This document shows, one piece after another, positions 34,235 to 43,501 of a stretch of DNA of 62,280 nucleotides. This DNA is from an uncultured Candidatus Bathyarchaeia archaeon. Lineage in GTDB: Archaea > Thermoproteota > Bathyarchaeia > Bathyarchaeales > Bathycorpusculaceae. The DNA is taken from positions 1 to 62,280 of the forward strand of contig CAZDZM010000001.1 in the NCBI GenBank assembly GCA_964509945.1, written 5' to 3'. Numbering within the stretch: position 1 is the stretch's first letter; each line of letters begins with the position of its first letter. Below the pieces are notes generated by a model that was not told where the DNA came from, did not search any database, and saw nothing but the letters and a program-made list of their open reading frames with translations. The position numbers were made by a program, and so were the translations under genes.

Positions 34235-34851
34235 GTCTGCCCTATTTTGTGTGCTGGTGCTGTCAGTTGGGCTACCATCTTTGATTTTCTAATACCTACG
34301 TGCCGAAGTGGAGCTACTTTTTTGGCTTCGTTGTATATGTCAGAAGCTATTTTTCCGAGAACCATCTCTTGTGCAAACTGATCAAGTGTCAGCGTTGAAG
34401 CCTTTTCGTTGATAATTTTCTCCATTATGTCGCGAATGCCTTTTTCCTGCGATGTCCTAATTCTTGAGAGCGTAAGGGCGGACACAGCCACTCGCAGCTT
34501 ATATCCATCCCTTGTAGTTACGTTAAACAATCCATCGACTTTTGTTGTTCTCCTTCGCACTAGACTTCGTAAGTAATCCCGTGAATATTCATGCCCTTTA
34601 AAAATTGTGCGGGTGGTCTTGCCGTCAACCTGACTTATTTGGAAAAACATCTTCAAGTACTGATGGGAAAAATCGCTTGTAATGTCATAAAGAGTTGATT
34701 CAATAACTCTACCAACCAGTTTTTCTGGCTCTTCCGCTGGTACGTTTCCTAGCTCAACACTTCCAAAGTAGGGCGGAGACAACACCGTATACCACGTTTT
34801 GCTTCGCCATTTATCTCTTACACGTTTTGTTTTTGAAGACAATTTTATCAT
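34231..34851 (-). CDS. rps3ae: 30S ribosomal protein S3Ae (eS1)
   Basis: RVRDKWRSKTWYTVLSPPYFG and overall S3Ae pattern. Confidence 0.85.
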   Translation of the reverse strand: MIKLSSKTKRVRDKWRSKTWYTVLSPPYFGSVELGNVPAEEPEKLVGRVIESTLYDITSDFSHQYLKMFFQISQVDGKTTRTIFKGHEYSRDYLRSLVRRRTTKVDGLFNVTTRDGYKLRVAVSALTLSRIRTSQEKGIRDIMEKIINEKASTLTLDQFAQEMVLGKIASDIYNEAKKVAPLRHVGIRKSKMVAQLTAPAHKIGQT

Positions 34852-34892
34852 CCAAATGTGGCTTGAAAATTCTCATGAGAGTATTAAAAGTT

Positions 34893-36182
34893 TTACCGTT
34901 TCAGGTCTATTTTCTTTATGTTGCCCATGTATTTTCTTAAAACTTCCGGTATGACAACAGAGCCGTCTTCTTGCTGATAGTTCTCCAGTATTGCAACGAT
35001 TGCTCTACCAGTGGCTATGGCTGTAGAATTTAAGGTGTGCACGAACCCCTTCGGCGGTTCGCCTTCTTTTTCCCTGTATTTAATGTTTAATCTTCTGGCT
35101 TGATAGTCCGTGCAGTTGCTGCATGAAATCATTTCTCTATAAGCTTCTTGAGCGGGCATCCACGCTTCTATGTCGTATTTTTTGGCAGCCACAGTTCCAA
35201 TGTCGCCTGTGCACACGTTGACGACACGATACGGTAGTCTAAGTTTTTGAACGAGTTCTTCAGCGTTGCGTATAAGCTCTTCATTTATCTTCCACGAATC
35301 CTCAGGTTGGCAAAAAACAAATTGTTCAATCTTGTTAAATTGATGTGTTCGAAAGATTCCGCGAGTGTCTTTCCCGTGGGCCCCAGCTTCCTTTCTGAAG
35401 CATGCACTTACACCCGCAAGCTTCAAGGGTAAGTCTTCTGCCTTTAGTACTTCGTTCATAAACATCGCCGCGATGGGGTGTTCGGAAGTGGCAATTAAGT
35501 ATAGGTCTTCATTTTCAATTTTGTAAAGTACGTCTTCGAAGTCGCTCAGGGCTGTGACCCCTTCATACGCCTCTCGTCTCATTAAAAAAGGGGGTTCTAT
35601 GGGCAAATACCCCTTCTCAATCATTTCTTCCAGGGCAAAATTCATCAGAGCCATATCGAGCAGTACCCCATCACGTTTTAAGTAAAAGAATCTGGATCCT
35701 GCAATTTTTCCTGCTCTTTCAATGTCCATTATGTCAAGGCTCAAGCCTAAGTCTATGTGACCTTTAACGGGAAAGTTGAATTTTGGTATCTTGCCCCAAG
35801 TTCTTATTTCGACGTTATCGTTTTCATCCTTGCCTGTTGGCACACTCTCGTGCAAAAGATTTGGCAGTCGCATTAGATGATTTCGTGTTTTTTCTGCGTT
35901 TTGGTTTGTCTGCTTTTCCAGATTGGTGATTTCGCTGTCGATAGTTTTTGCTTTTGCAACTTCTTCGCTTGCATCTCTTCCCTTCTTCTTCAACGCTGCA
36001 ATTTCCATTGTTACCAGTCTTCTCTCGTGTCGAAGCTCGTTCAGTTTTGTTAAAAGTCGCCGCCATTTCTGATCAAGTGCGATTAGCTCATCCAGCATCC
36101 TGACATTTTCAGAATTTCCTCTTTTCATTAAATTGTTCCTTACAAACTCTGGATCTTCACGGATGAGTTTAATATCCAACAT
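34893..36182 (-). CDS. serS: serine--tRNA ligase
   Basis: MLDIKLIREDPEFVRNNL canonical N-terminus (start moved to Met24 of the track ORF), coiled-coil arm, and class II motifs FRKEAGAHGKDTRGIFRTHQFNK and GTVAAKKYDIEAW. Confidence 0.9.
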   Translation of the reverse strand: MLDIKLIREDPEFVRNNLMKRGNSENVRMLDELIALDQKWRRLLTKLNELRHERRLVTMEIAALKKKGRDASEEVAKAKTIDSEITNLEKQTNQNAEKTRNHLMRLPNLLHESVPTGKDENDNVEIRTWGKIPKFNFPVKGHIDLGLSLDIMDIERAGKIAGSRFFYLKRDGVLLDMALMNFALEEMIEKGYLPIEPPFLMRREAYEGVTALSDFEDVLYKIENEDLYLIATSEHPIAAMFMNEVLKAEDLPLKLAGVSACFRKEAGAHGKDTRGIFRTHQFNKIEQFVFCQPEDSWKINEELIRNAEELVQKLRLPYRVVNVCTGDIGTVAAKKYDIEAWMPAQEAYREMISCSNCTDYQARRLNIKYREKEGEPPKGFVHTLNSTAIATGRAIVAILENYQQEDGSVVIPEVLRKYMGNIKKIDLKR

Positions 36183-36393
36183 TCTCCTCACGTAGATTAT
36201 TGCCTTGTATTTTAGTTTTAGCTCTCTAACTAACACTAAATCAACTATCAACTTTGCAATAAAAAGCTGTTTCTGTCGACTGCAAAAACAGGTCTAGTTC
36301 GAGCAGTTTGTTCTTAGAACAATTTTGATAATGTCCTAAAATAAAAGAAAGAAGAGGCATTTTTCAATGTTATTCTTTGTAGTTATTTCCTTC

Positions 36394-36681
36394 CTACTCT
36401 TTTGAAAGCGTTATCTCTATTGTTGAAACCATCCTTGATCTGTTCTCGCCTTCTCGAGGTGGCATCTCTGCTGTTCCTATGGCTATGTTGCTTACTTTAA
36501 GGTCTTTCATGAAGCGGCTTCGAGTTATTTCTGCAACATCGACAGCTGTAGTTATTGCTTGGCCTCTAGCCTTTAATACTATTTCTTTAGCGTTGTGTGA
36601 GGAAAAGCTGGTGATGATCGCTAGAACATAGCTCATCGGTGGCTTGTTTCCAACAAAGATAACATCTGCACTTTCCGCCAT
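36394..36681 (-). CDS. albA: DNA/RNA-binding protein Alba
   Basis: VIFVGNKPPMSYVLAIIT...EIVLKARGQAITTAVDVAEITRSRF...STIEITL. Confidence 0.9.
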   Translation of the reverse strand: MAESADVIFVGNKPPMSYVLAIITSFSSHNAKEIVLKARGQAITTAVDVAEITRSRFMKDLKVSNIAIGTAEMPPREGENRSRMVSTIEITLSKE

Positions 36682-36850
36682 TTTCTATCCTCCTTTTTAA
36701 CTTATTGATTGTTTTGTGTAACGTTGCCGTGTCTGCCCTCTTGCCAACGACAAAACGTTACCGCTTGTTATTATCTTAACTTCTCCTTTATAAGTACAAT
36801 GACATTTTTAAAGTATCAGATGCTGTTTACGCCTCTTTTCAAAGCCTCTA

Positions 36851-36861
36851 TAGCGCGCGCG
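36851..36861. repeat. TAGCGCGCGCG, GCGCGC-core motif copy followed by tandem GCGGGAATCA/GCGGGATCAC
   Basis: Read directly. It lies about 105 bp upstream of 36966. Confidence 0.7.
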
Positions 36862-36965
36862 GGAATCAGCGGGATCACATTTTCAACAGAAGTTTTCCAT
36901 CAACTTTTAAGTGCGCAACACTGAAATAATAACATCTTTGACAGACTTTGCACGATTCAGTTTGA

Positions 36966-37607
36966 ATGAAAGTTGCTAACACAAAATGGAGGGTTAACCC
37001 AATGTTGGCAAAACTAAAGAAAAAAATTCAGGAAATGCTTATTTCAGAAGCGGAACGAGCCCACAAACTAAGATTAACACCTAATATGCTAAGCGCAGCA
37101 GGTATAGTTTTAGCTTTCCTTTCAGCTTTATTGTATGCTATATGCCAAAATCGCTCTCTCCACCTTCTGCTTGCCACAGTTCTCTTATTAGCATCGGGAT
37201 TTTGTGATGCCCTAGACGGGGTACTCGCTAGAATTTATCAACAGGAAACATCATTCGGCGCCTTTCTCGACTCACTATTGGACAGATATGCAGATGCTGT
37301 GATTTATGTTAGCATGATAATAGGCAGATTATGCGATGTTTTATTGGGATTAATAGCCTTAACTGGCTCTTTGCTCGTAAGCTACAGCCGTGCTAGGGCA
37401 GAAGCAGCTGGAATAAAAATGGAATCTATCGGTATAGCGGAAAGAGCAGAGCGCATGATTATTTTGGCGGCAGCAAGCATTATGACAATTTTTTGGTTTC
37501 AAGCCTTGGACGTCGGAATGATTCTGATTGCAATTCTCTCGAACTTAACGGTTCTGCAGAGAGGATTTTATGTTTACACAAAGCTAAAGCAAAAGAAAAA
37601 CAGCTGA
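36966..37607 (+). CDS. CDP-alcohol phosphatidyltransferase family protein (archaetidyl-lipid head-group synthase type)
   Basis: CDALDGVLAR...SFGAFLDSLLDRYAD signature (D-G-x2-A-R...G...D-x3-D) and multiple TM helices. The start may be the Met at 37002. Confidence 0.8.
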   Translation: MKVANTKWRVNPMLAKLKKKIQEMLISEAERAHKLRLTPNMLSAAGIVLAFLSALLYAICQNRSLHLLLATVLLLASGFCDALDGVLARIYQQETSFGAFLDSLLDRYADAVIYVSMIIGRLCDVLLGLIALTGSLLVSYSRARAEAAGIKMESIGIAERAERMIILAAASIMTIFWFQALDVGMILIAILSNLTVLQRGFYVYTKLKQKKNS

Positions 37608-37611
37608 GAAA

Positions 37612-37929
37612 CTAAAATCTTCTCCTAGGTCGGGTACGTCGCTCGTCTTCAGCTCTGACTTTTACAATGCCTCGGTGCACCGCACAAGAAATACAATAGT
37701 ATTTCGTGTCAACCCAAGAAGACAGATACGCGCCCTTCTGGCGCAGCTCCTTAGCCAACTGTGGATCAACAAGGGAAACCCTACGCGTGAACTTCTTGGC
37801 CTTGTCTCGCGGCACAATCTGTCCACACATAGCGCATTGAACAGGGCCGCTACTGCCTTTACCGCCTTTCGACCTTCCACGACTTTTTCGCTTAAATGGC
37901 AATAAACTGAACCTCTTTTCTCTTCTCAC
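37612..37929 (-). CDS. rps26e: 30S ribosomal protein S26e (eS26)
   Basis: KRKSRGRSKGGKGSSGPVQCAMCGQIVPRDKAKKF...YYCISCAVHRGIVKVR. The exact start is uncertain. Confidence 0.8.
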   Translation of the reverse strand: MRREKRFSLLPFKRKSRGRSKGGKGSSGPVQCAMCGQIVPRDKAKKFTRRVSLVDPQLAKELRQKGAYLSSWVDTKYYCISCAVHRGIVKVRAEDERRTRPRRRF

Positions 37930-37952
37930 TACCAGATAGTGATTTTTCTGAT

Positions 37953-38858
37953 TTATATATCTGTTCTTAACTTCAAGACGGATGCAATGTTCGCTTTCAC
38001 GTCAATTTTCGCAACAATCTTGCCAGAAGGCGATGTCATCAATGTCGTAACGCCAGGACCGTGGCCGGCTGTTACACAATTACTGTGTACGACAATTCCA
38101 ACAGAAATCGCGCCTTGACGATAAATACGTCCAAAGGAGTGGTCAGCATCAATTATGGCCACTAAATCACCAAGTCTTAGATTGTCAAGCCCATACTGTT
38201 CCCTAACTTTTTCGTCGAATAGCTGGATATCATAATCTCCTGAGTACGCCTGATTTGCTCCTAATCCTGAACCCATAATGGCTGCGGGAATTATATGGGC
38301 TACAGGAACCTCCAGCTTGTCACCGTTCACTTGCGGGCCTAAGGCCTCGAAAAATCCGGGATCTATGTTCATCAATTTTATATCTGGAAAATCTAGAAGC
38401 TTAAAACCTACCCCAAAAGCTTTTACAAGCACCTTATCACCAAGCATAAGCTTTTCTAACGTTTCTATCTGAAAATCCACCAAAACATGCTCTATCCCGC
38501 CATGCTTTCCAGTAACAACACCTTTCGCACCTTTTGCATCGCCGCTAGCAACCACTGCTTCATTTCCAACGCAAGAGAGGACGTTAAAAGCTGCGTTTGC
38601 ACCTTGTCCATAGCGTGGGTCATTCTCTTTATTTTCCACGCTAACACCAGGCTCCACATGGTCGGCTTCCCAACCGCACGCTGGATCTCCAACCCTCATG
38701 TTATACGTAATCCCTCCAGCACCGGGCAAAACCACTGGAAATCCTTCAGCCGAAACGTTATACACGGACCTTCCAATTACTGGGCTAGCTATTTCACCGC
38801 AAACCGAAATTTTAACCAGTTTATCAGCGTTTGTTCTTAGCATCAAATTGTTCCTCAC
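37953..38858 (-). CDS. conserved hypothetical protein, DUF4438-like
   Basis: Full-length 301-aa ORF. The pattern GGITYNMRVGDPACGWEADHVEPGVS and GDAKGAKGVVTGKHGG recalls DUF4438 from memory. Function unknown. Confidence 0.45.
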   Translation of the reverse strand: MRNNLMLRTNADKLVKISVCGEIASPVIGRSVYNVSAEGFPVVLPGAGGITYNMRVGDPACGWEADHVEPGVSVENKENDPRYGQGANAAFNVLSCVGNEAVVASGDAKGAKGVVTGKHGGIEHVLVDFQIETLEKLMLGDKVLVKAFGVGFKLLDFPDIKLMNIDPGFFEALGPQVNGDKLEVPVAHIIPAAIMGSGLGANQAYSGDYDIQLFDEKVREQYGLDNLRLGDLVAIIDADHSFGRIYRQGAISVGIVVHSNCVTAGHGPGVTTLMTSPSGKIVAKIDVKANIASVLKLRTDI

Positions 38859-39004
38859 GTTGGACTATGTGATTACAAAACTGATGTTAATAAAACTTCA
38901 TGTTTCCCTCGAATTTATCGTAATCGTGGAATATGACAAGTCTTAAATTTGCGATTTTTATCTTGACTTGATTGAAGCAATAATCATAAGCTATTCCTAG
39001 TGGG

Positions 39005-39598
39005 GTGAGGTCGACGTCTGAAATTGGATTGAGATCCAGAATGCTTGTTAAGGACATCATGAGTAGTCCAGTAGTGACAATCGAAGAAGATGCGCCGACA
39101 AATCACGTTGCCAAACTTATGGATGAAAATGATTTGGGCTCAATAATAGTCACCAACAAAGAAGGAAAACCTTTGGGCATAATAACAGAAAGAGACCTTG
39201 TTGTGAGGGTTCTGGCTAAGAACGTTAAACCTGATTCTGTAGAAGCAAAGAAAATCATGACCTCTCCATTGGTCACGATAGAGCCAGAAGCAACAATAAG
39301 TGAAGCAGCCAGAAGAATGAGCAGGCTAAATCTGAGAAGATTAGGAGTAGTATATAAAGGCGAACTGGTTGGCTTAATCTCCAGTAAAGACATTTTAGGG
39401 GTCACGCCTGAACTAATAGAAATCATACAAGAAAAAGCACGCATAGAAAGCGCAAATAAGGCTGAAGAAATAGAGGAAGAAGAAGCGCCTCTCACTGGAC
39501 ACTGCGACCGTTGCAGAGGGTGGTCAGAAAATCTAAAAGAGATCAATGGAGAATACTTATGCGAAGACTGCCGAGTTGAACTGGAAAGCGAGGAATAA
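39005..39598 (+). CDS. CBS-pair protein with C-terminal zinc ribbon
   Basis: Two CBS motifs (VKDIMSSPVVTI..., KKIMTSPLVTI...). Acidic linker. CDRCRGW...LCEDC. Probable start is the Met at 39041. Confidence 0.8.
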   Translation: MRSTSEIGLRSRMLVKDIMSSPVVTIEEDAPTNHVAKLMDENDLGSIIVTNKEGKPLGIITERDLVVRVLAKNVKPDSVEAKKIMTSPLVTIEPEATISEAARRMSRLNLRRLGVVYKGELVGLISSKDILGVTPELIEIIQEKARIESANKAEEIEEEEAPLTGHCDRCRGWSENLKEINGEYLCEDCRVELESEE

Positions 39599-39609
39599 GA
39601 GGCGGTCAA

Positions 39610-40395
39610 TTGCGTGTAAAAGAGATAATGGATGAAAAACACCCGTCTATTTATGAAGATGAACCTGCCACAAAAGCCCGTGCTTTAATACGTGACCTCA
39701 AACTTCGAATTCTTCCGGTAACAGATGAATACAAAAAACTTTTGGGAGTTGTCTCTCGAAGCGGCATAATGGCTATTTCCTCATCTGTTTCCCCAATTAC
39801 TGTTGAAGGCGTGATTGAGAATCCAAGGTATGTAGCGACAATTGAGACTGAGGTCACATCAGCTATTAAAGAAATGATTCGACAGGACGAATGGTACGTT
39901 CCTGTTACAAACTCGCTTGAAGACAAATCCTACCGAGGCGTTTTAGGCCTAGAAAACTTCATTGAGGCTGTAATTAAGACGAGTCCGGAAAAACTTGCTA
40001 AGCCCGTTTCAGAAGTAATGTCCACAAACGTGATAGCTTGCACGCCTGAAGATGAGATTGACAACATTTGGCGATTGATGCAAACTAGATCTTTTGCTGG
40101 GCTTCCAGTTGTAAAGAAGGATAAGTTGGTAGGAATAGTCACCCAGAAAGACCTTCTTGAAAGTGGAGTCCTGTTGCCGACATTTGAGTCTTCCAAGGGC
40201 CGTTTTAGAGCTTCAAGGAAAATCTCTTCGATAATGAAGACTGGAGTGATAACAGTGAAGTCTTCTACAAAACTAATCAGAGCCGCCAAGGCCATGGTTT
40301 TCAAAAACATAGGAAGGGTGCCTGTGACGGACGAAGAAGGTAGACTGGTCGGAATAATTGACCGAGAAGATATTGCCAGATTGCTTGTTAAATGA
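39610..40395 (+). CDS. CBS domain-containing protein (four CBS motifs)
   Basis: Repeated V.EIM/VMS...GLPVV/RVPVT...GI+...D+ CBS patterns. TTG start. Confidence 0.75.
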   Translation: MRVKEIMDEKHPSIYEDEPATKARALIRDLKLRILPVTDEYKKLLGVVSRSGIMAISSSVSPITVEGVIENPRYVATIETEVTSAIKEMIRQDEWYVPVTNSLEDKSYRGVLGLENFIEAVIKTSPEKLAKPVSEVMSTNVIACTPEDEIDNIWRLMQTRSFAGLPVVKKDKLVGIVTQKDLLESGVLLPTFESSKGRFRASRKISSIMKTGVITVKSSTKLIRAAKAMVFKNIGRVPVTDEEGRLVGIIDREDIARLLVK

Positions 40396-40496
40396 GGGAG
40401 CCATGATTGAGTCGAGAAACTTTTAGGCGGACACTGAAGGATAAGGGGCCACTCTCATTAAAGGCTCCACCTTCAAAGAAACGCGGAGGCGAAATT

Positions 40497-41315
40497 ATGC
40501 ATGTCGCAAAAAGCCAGGTTTCAACAGTGGCTTCGACCACGCCTATTTATGATGCAATTCAAATAATGGTTAAAAAAGGGTTCCGCCGAATACCGATTGC
40601 AAATCCGGGAACAAAAGCCTTGGAAGGCATCGTAACAGCCACGGACATAATTGATTATGTTGGCGGCGGAGAAAAGTTTAAAATAATTCAACAGAAGTAT
40701 GGTGGAAATTTTTTCAAGGCCATCAATCAACCAGTAAAATCCATTATGGCCAGAGAAGTTGTGTCAATTGAAACTAATGCAAAGATAAGTGAAGCAATAG
40801 ACTTAATGAAGAGAAAGAACATTGGTGGTTTGCCCGTGGTTGATTGCGGAAATAGAATAAGAGGAATAATAACCGAAAGGGACATTGCAAATTTTTTTGG
40901 TGACCGAGTGAGTGGAATAAGCGTTGCGCAACTTATGTCCGAAAAAGTAGTGACCGCGCTGCCGAAAACTACAATTTTTGAAGCAGAAAAGACAATGATA
41001 GCCGAGGGGTTTAGGCGACTCCCAATAGTTTCCGACAGTTCGCTGATAGGGATAGTGACTACAATGGACATTATACGGTTCTTTGGCTCGGGCCACGTTT
41101 TCAAACATTTGCAGTCTGGAACCATAATACAGGTTTTAAACACGCCTGCACATGAAATAGCGACAAAGGAAATTGTAACCGTTGAGCCAACGGCGGATGT
41201 TGGTCAGGCAGCGAAAATAATGCGGGACAAAGGCATAGGCGCCATACCCGTTGTCGAAGGCCAAAAACTCGTAGGCATAATAACTGAAAGAGACTTTTTT
41301 AAAATGATAGCATGA
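40497..41315 (+). CDS. CBS domain-containing protein (four CBS motifs)
   Basis: Repeated CBS patterns (RRIPIA, GGLPVVD, RRLPIV, GAIPVVE). The start is set at the ATG preceded by GGAGG; the track ORF starts at 40407. Confidence 0.75.
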   Translation: MHVAKSQVSTVASTTPIYDAIQIMVKKGFRRIPIANPGTKALEGIVTATDIIDYVGGGEKFKIIQQKYGGNFFKAINQPVKSIMAREVVSIETNAKISEAIDLMKRKNIGGLPVVDCGNRIRGIITERDIANFFGDRVSGISVAQLMSEKVVTALPKTTIFEAEKTMIAEGFRRLPIVSDSSLIGIVTTMDIIRFFGSGHVFKHLQSGTIIQVLNTPAHEIATKEIVTVEPTADVGQAAKIMRDKGIGAIPVVEGQKLVGIITERDFFKMIA

Positions 41316-41422
41316 AATGCTCTGAATTTTGCTTTTTGTCTCTTCTAGTTCAAAATTCTAGCATAAATAAACTTTAATTAACATTCCCCTCTACGTTATT
41401 CGGTAGCAAGAGAGCGCTCAAA

Positions 41423-42766
41423 TTGATTGTAGATTTGGTTCTGGAAAATGCGAAGGCTTACATATGCCAAGAAATCCTGGGTTGTAGCATAGCCATTGAT
41501 CAGGGCAGGATTTTCAAAATAGGTAAAGAAACAAACATGCCTAAGACGGATCAGAAAATTGATTTAAAAAACCTTCTTGTTTTGCCTGGTTTGATAGATG
41601 CCCATGTTCACCTTCGAGACGAGGGGAAATCTTACAAAGAAGATTTTTACAGTGGAACGGCCGCTGCGGCCGTAGGGGGAATAACAACAGTTTTAGACAT
41701 GCCTAACAACGCTCCAGTGACAATGAGCGCTGAGACTTTGAGAAACAGGATGAAAATTGCGGAAAAGAAAATCGTGGTTAACGTTGGATTCTTCTCTGAA
41801 TTCCCAAAGGAATTAGGCGAAACGAAGGAGATCGTTGCTAAAGGTGCTGTGGCTTTCAAGCTTTTCTTGGCAGACCAAGTTGGTGGACTGAACATCGATG
41901 ACGATCAAGCTTTGAAAACCGCCTTCAGAGGAACCAGCAAATTTAAAGTACCTGTAGCTGTTCACGCAGAAGATAGGATGTTATCGAAAAAGACTGAAGA
42001 ATTCAGGCGCACTTTCAGTAGCGATGTGGACGCTTTTCTTGAGGTGCACTCTGAAGCATCTGAAGTTAGAGCAATTGAACGCGTGCTTGCTATATCCAAA
42101 CAAACCAGTGCACATATACATTTTTGCCATGTGAGCACTTCGAATGGTCTGAAAGCAATAACTGATGCGAAAAAATCCAACATGACGATAACTTGTGAAG
42201 TAACACCCCACCATCTATTCTTATCGGTTGATGATTTCAAGCGGTGCGGAACTTTGGCGTTAACGATGCCGCCGATTCGCGCAAAACACCAAGTTGAAGC
42301 TCTCTGGAATGGCGTTTTTAACGGCGACATTGACATTTTGGTTTCAGATCACGCGCCCCACGCTTTGGAGGAGAAGTCATCGAGCAATGTTTGGGACGTT
42401 AAGGTTGGCATACCCGGCTTAGAAACAACGCTTCCTCTGTTATTGGCAATGGTGAAAAAAGCCAAGCTGTCAATAACTCATGTCGTTCGACTTTTGGCAG
42501 AGAAACCCGCAGACATTTTCAACTTGAAAGGTAGAGGCTATCTTAAAGAAGGTAACCATGCAGATTTGGTTGTTATAGATTTAAACAAGAAATTCAAGAT
42601 TGACGCTTCAAAGTTTTATTCAAAGGCGAAATATTCTCCCTTTGATGGATGGAACACGATAGGGAAAGCTGTGAAAACTTTCGTAAACGGACAATTAATC
42701 ATGGACGATGATGAAATCGTTGCGAAATCGGGAACCGGAAAAGTAATTGGAGAAAATAAACTTTGA
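41423..42766 (+). CDS. pyrC: dihydroorotase (cyclic amidohydrolase superfamily)
   Basis: LPGLIDAHVHLRDEG, AFKLFL (carboxylated Lys context), HAED, HFCHVST, SDHAPH. Confidence 0.8.
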   Translation: MIVDLVLENAKAYICQEILGCSIAIDQGRIFKIGKETNMPKTDQKIDLKNLLVLPGLIDAHVHLRDEGKSYKEDFYSGTAAAAVGGITTVLDMPNNAPVTMSAETLRNRMKIAEKKIVVNVGFFSEFPKELGETKEIVAKGAVAFKLFLADQVGGLNIDDDQALKTAFRGTSKFKVPVAVHAEDRMLSKKTEEFRRTFSSDVDAFLEVHSEASEVRAIERVLAISKQTSAHIHFCHVSTSNGLKAITDAKKSNMTITCEVTPHHLFLSVDDFKRCGTLALTMPPIRAKHQVEALWNGVFNGDIDILVSDHAPHALEEKSSSNVWDVKVGIPGLETTLPLLLAMVKKAKLSITHVVRLLAEKPADIFNLKGRGYLKEGNHADLVVIDLNKKFKIDASKFYSKAKYSPFDGWNTIGKAVKTFVNGQLIMDDDEIVAKSGTGKVIGENKL

Positions 42767-43239
42767 AATTCATTGCGGACGGAATGCTTGGGAAATTGAC
42801 ACGCTGGCTCCGAATGTTGGGGCAAAACGTTACCTACTCAAGCAAGTTGGACGACGCACAACTATGTAGCATAGCCCAAAAGGAGCGGCGTGTTCTGGTT
42901 ACAAGAGATTTGGAACTTTATCAACAGGCAACAGCCAAAGGAATAGTCGCTTTTTATTTGGAGGGAAAAACAGAGGCAGAAAGGCTGGCAGAACTTGCAA
43001 GACGTTTTGATATTTCGTTGGAAGTAGACTTAAAAATCTCTAGGTGCCCAAAATGCAACGCAAGAATACAATGGACACAAAAAGAAAATGTGGCCAGCAA
43101 AGTTAAGAAAAACACTTTTGTCCATTACAATGATTTTTGGGAGTGTCCAAAATGTGAGCAGATTTACTGGCAAGGTGCCCACTGGGAAAGAATTCGGAAA
43201 ACTCTTGAAGAGGCAAAAGAAAAACTGAAGAAAGGTTAA
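42763..43239 (+). CDS. Mut7-C RNase domain (DUF82) protein with zinc ribbon
   Basis: KFIADGMLGKLTRWLRMLGQNV, VLVTRD, CPKCN...CPKCEQIYWQGAHW. The TTG start overlaps the pyrC stop by 4 nt. Confidence 0.8.
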   Translation: MKFIADGMLGKLTRWLRMLGQNVTYSSKLDDAQLCSIAQKERRVLVTRDLELYQQATAKGIVAFYLEGKTEAERLAELARRFDISLEVDLKISRCPKCNARIQWTQKENVASKVKKNTFVHYNDFWECPKCEQIYWQGAHWERIRKTLEEAKEKLKKG

Positions 43240-43246
43240 AAGTTTC

Positions 43247-43465
43247 TTAACTTTCCTTCAAAAGCCATTTCAAAGGAATGTCTTGGTAGGTTCCATTTGG
43301 CAACGTTCGCCTAATGGTCATGGGCAAAATGCCTGCTTCAAGTTCTCCTAATGCTATATCAATTGGACTTGAATAGCTCTCAGAAACTTCGATGAGTATT
43401 GGGGCACCCATAGAAATTTGGAGCGCTCTAGCTCCCACTACTCTTGCTTTTTCGAAACGAGTGAT
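43247..43465 (-). CDS. rpoK: DNA-directed RNA polymerase subunit K (Rpo6); start codon unresolved
   Basis: ITRFEKARVVGARALQISMGAPILIEV...GILPMTIRRTLPNGTY is the Rpo6/RpoK signature. The first canonical start (GTG 43438) falls inside the motif. The upper coordinate given is a hypothetical ATC start. Confidence 0.8.
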   Translation of the reverse strand: MTRFEKARVVGARALQISMGAPILIEVSESYSSPIDIALGELEAGILPMTIRRTLPNGTYQDIPLKWLLKES

Positions 43466-43501
43466 TTTTGGAGGACCTACGGAAACTTTTTCAGACGTAT
43501 T

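Noticed and set aside
36709-36924. 71-aa plus-strand ORF in the alba upstream spacer
   Set aside because: The sequence is hydrophobic and low-complexity, there is no ribosome-binding context, and it overlaps palindromic and repeat elements. It was judged non-coding.
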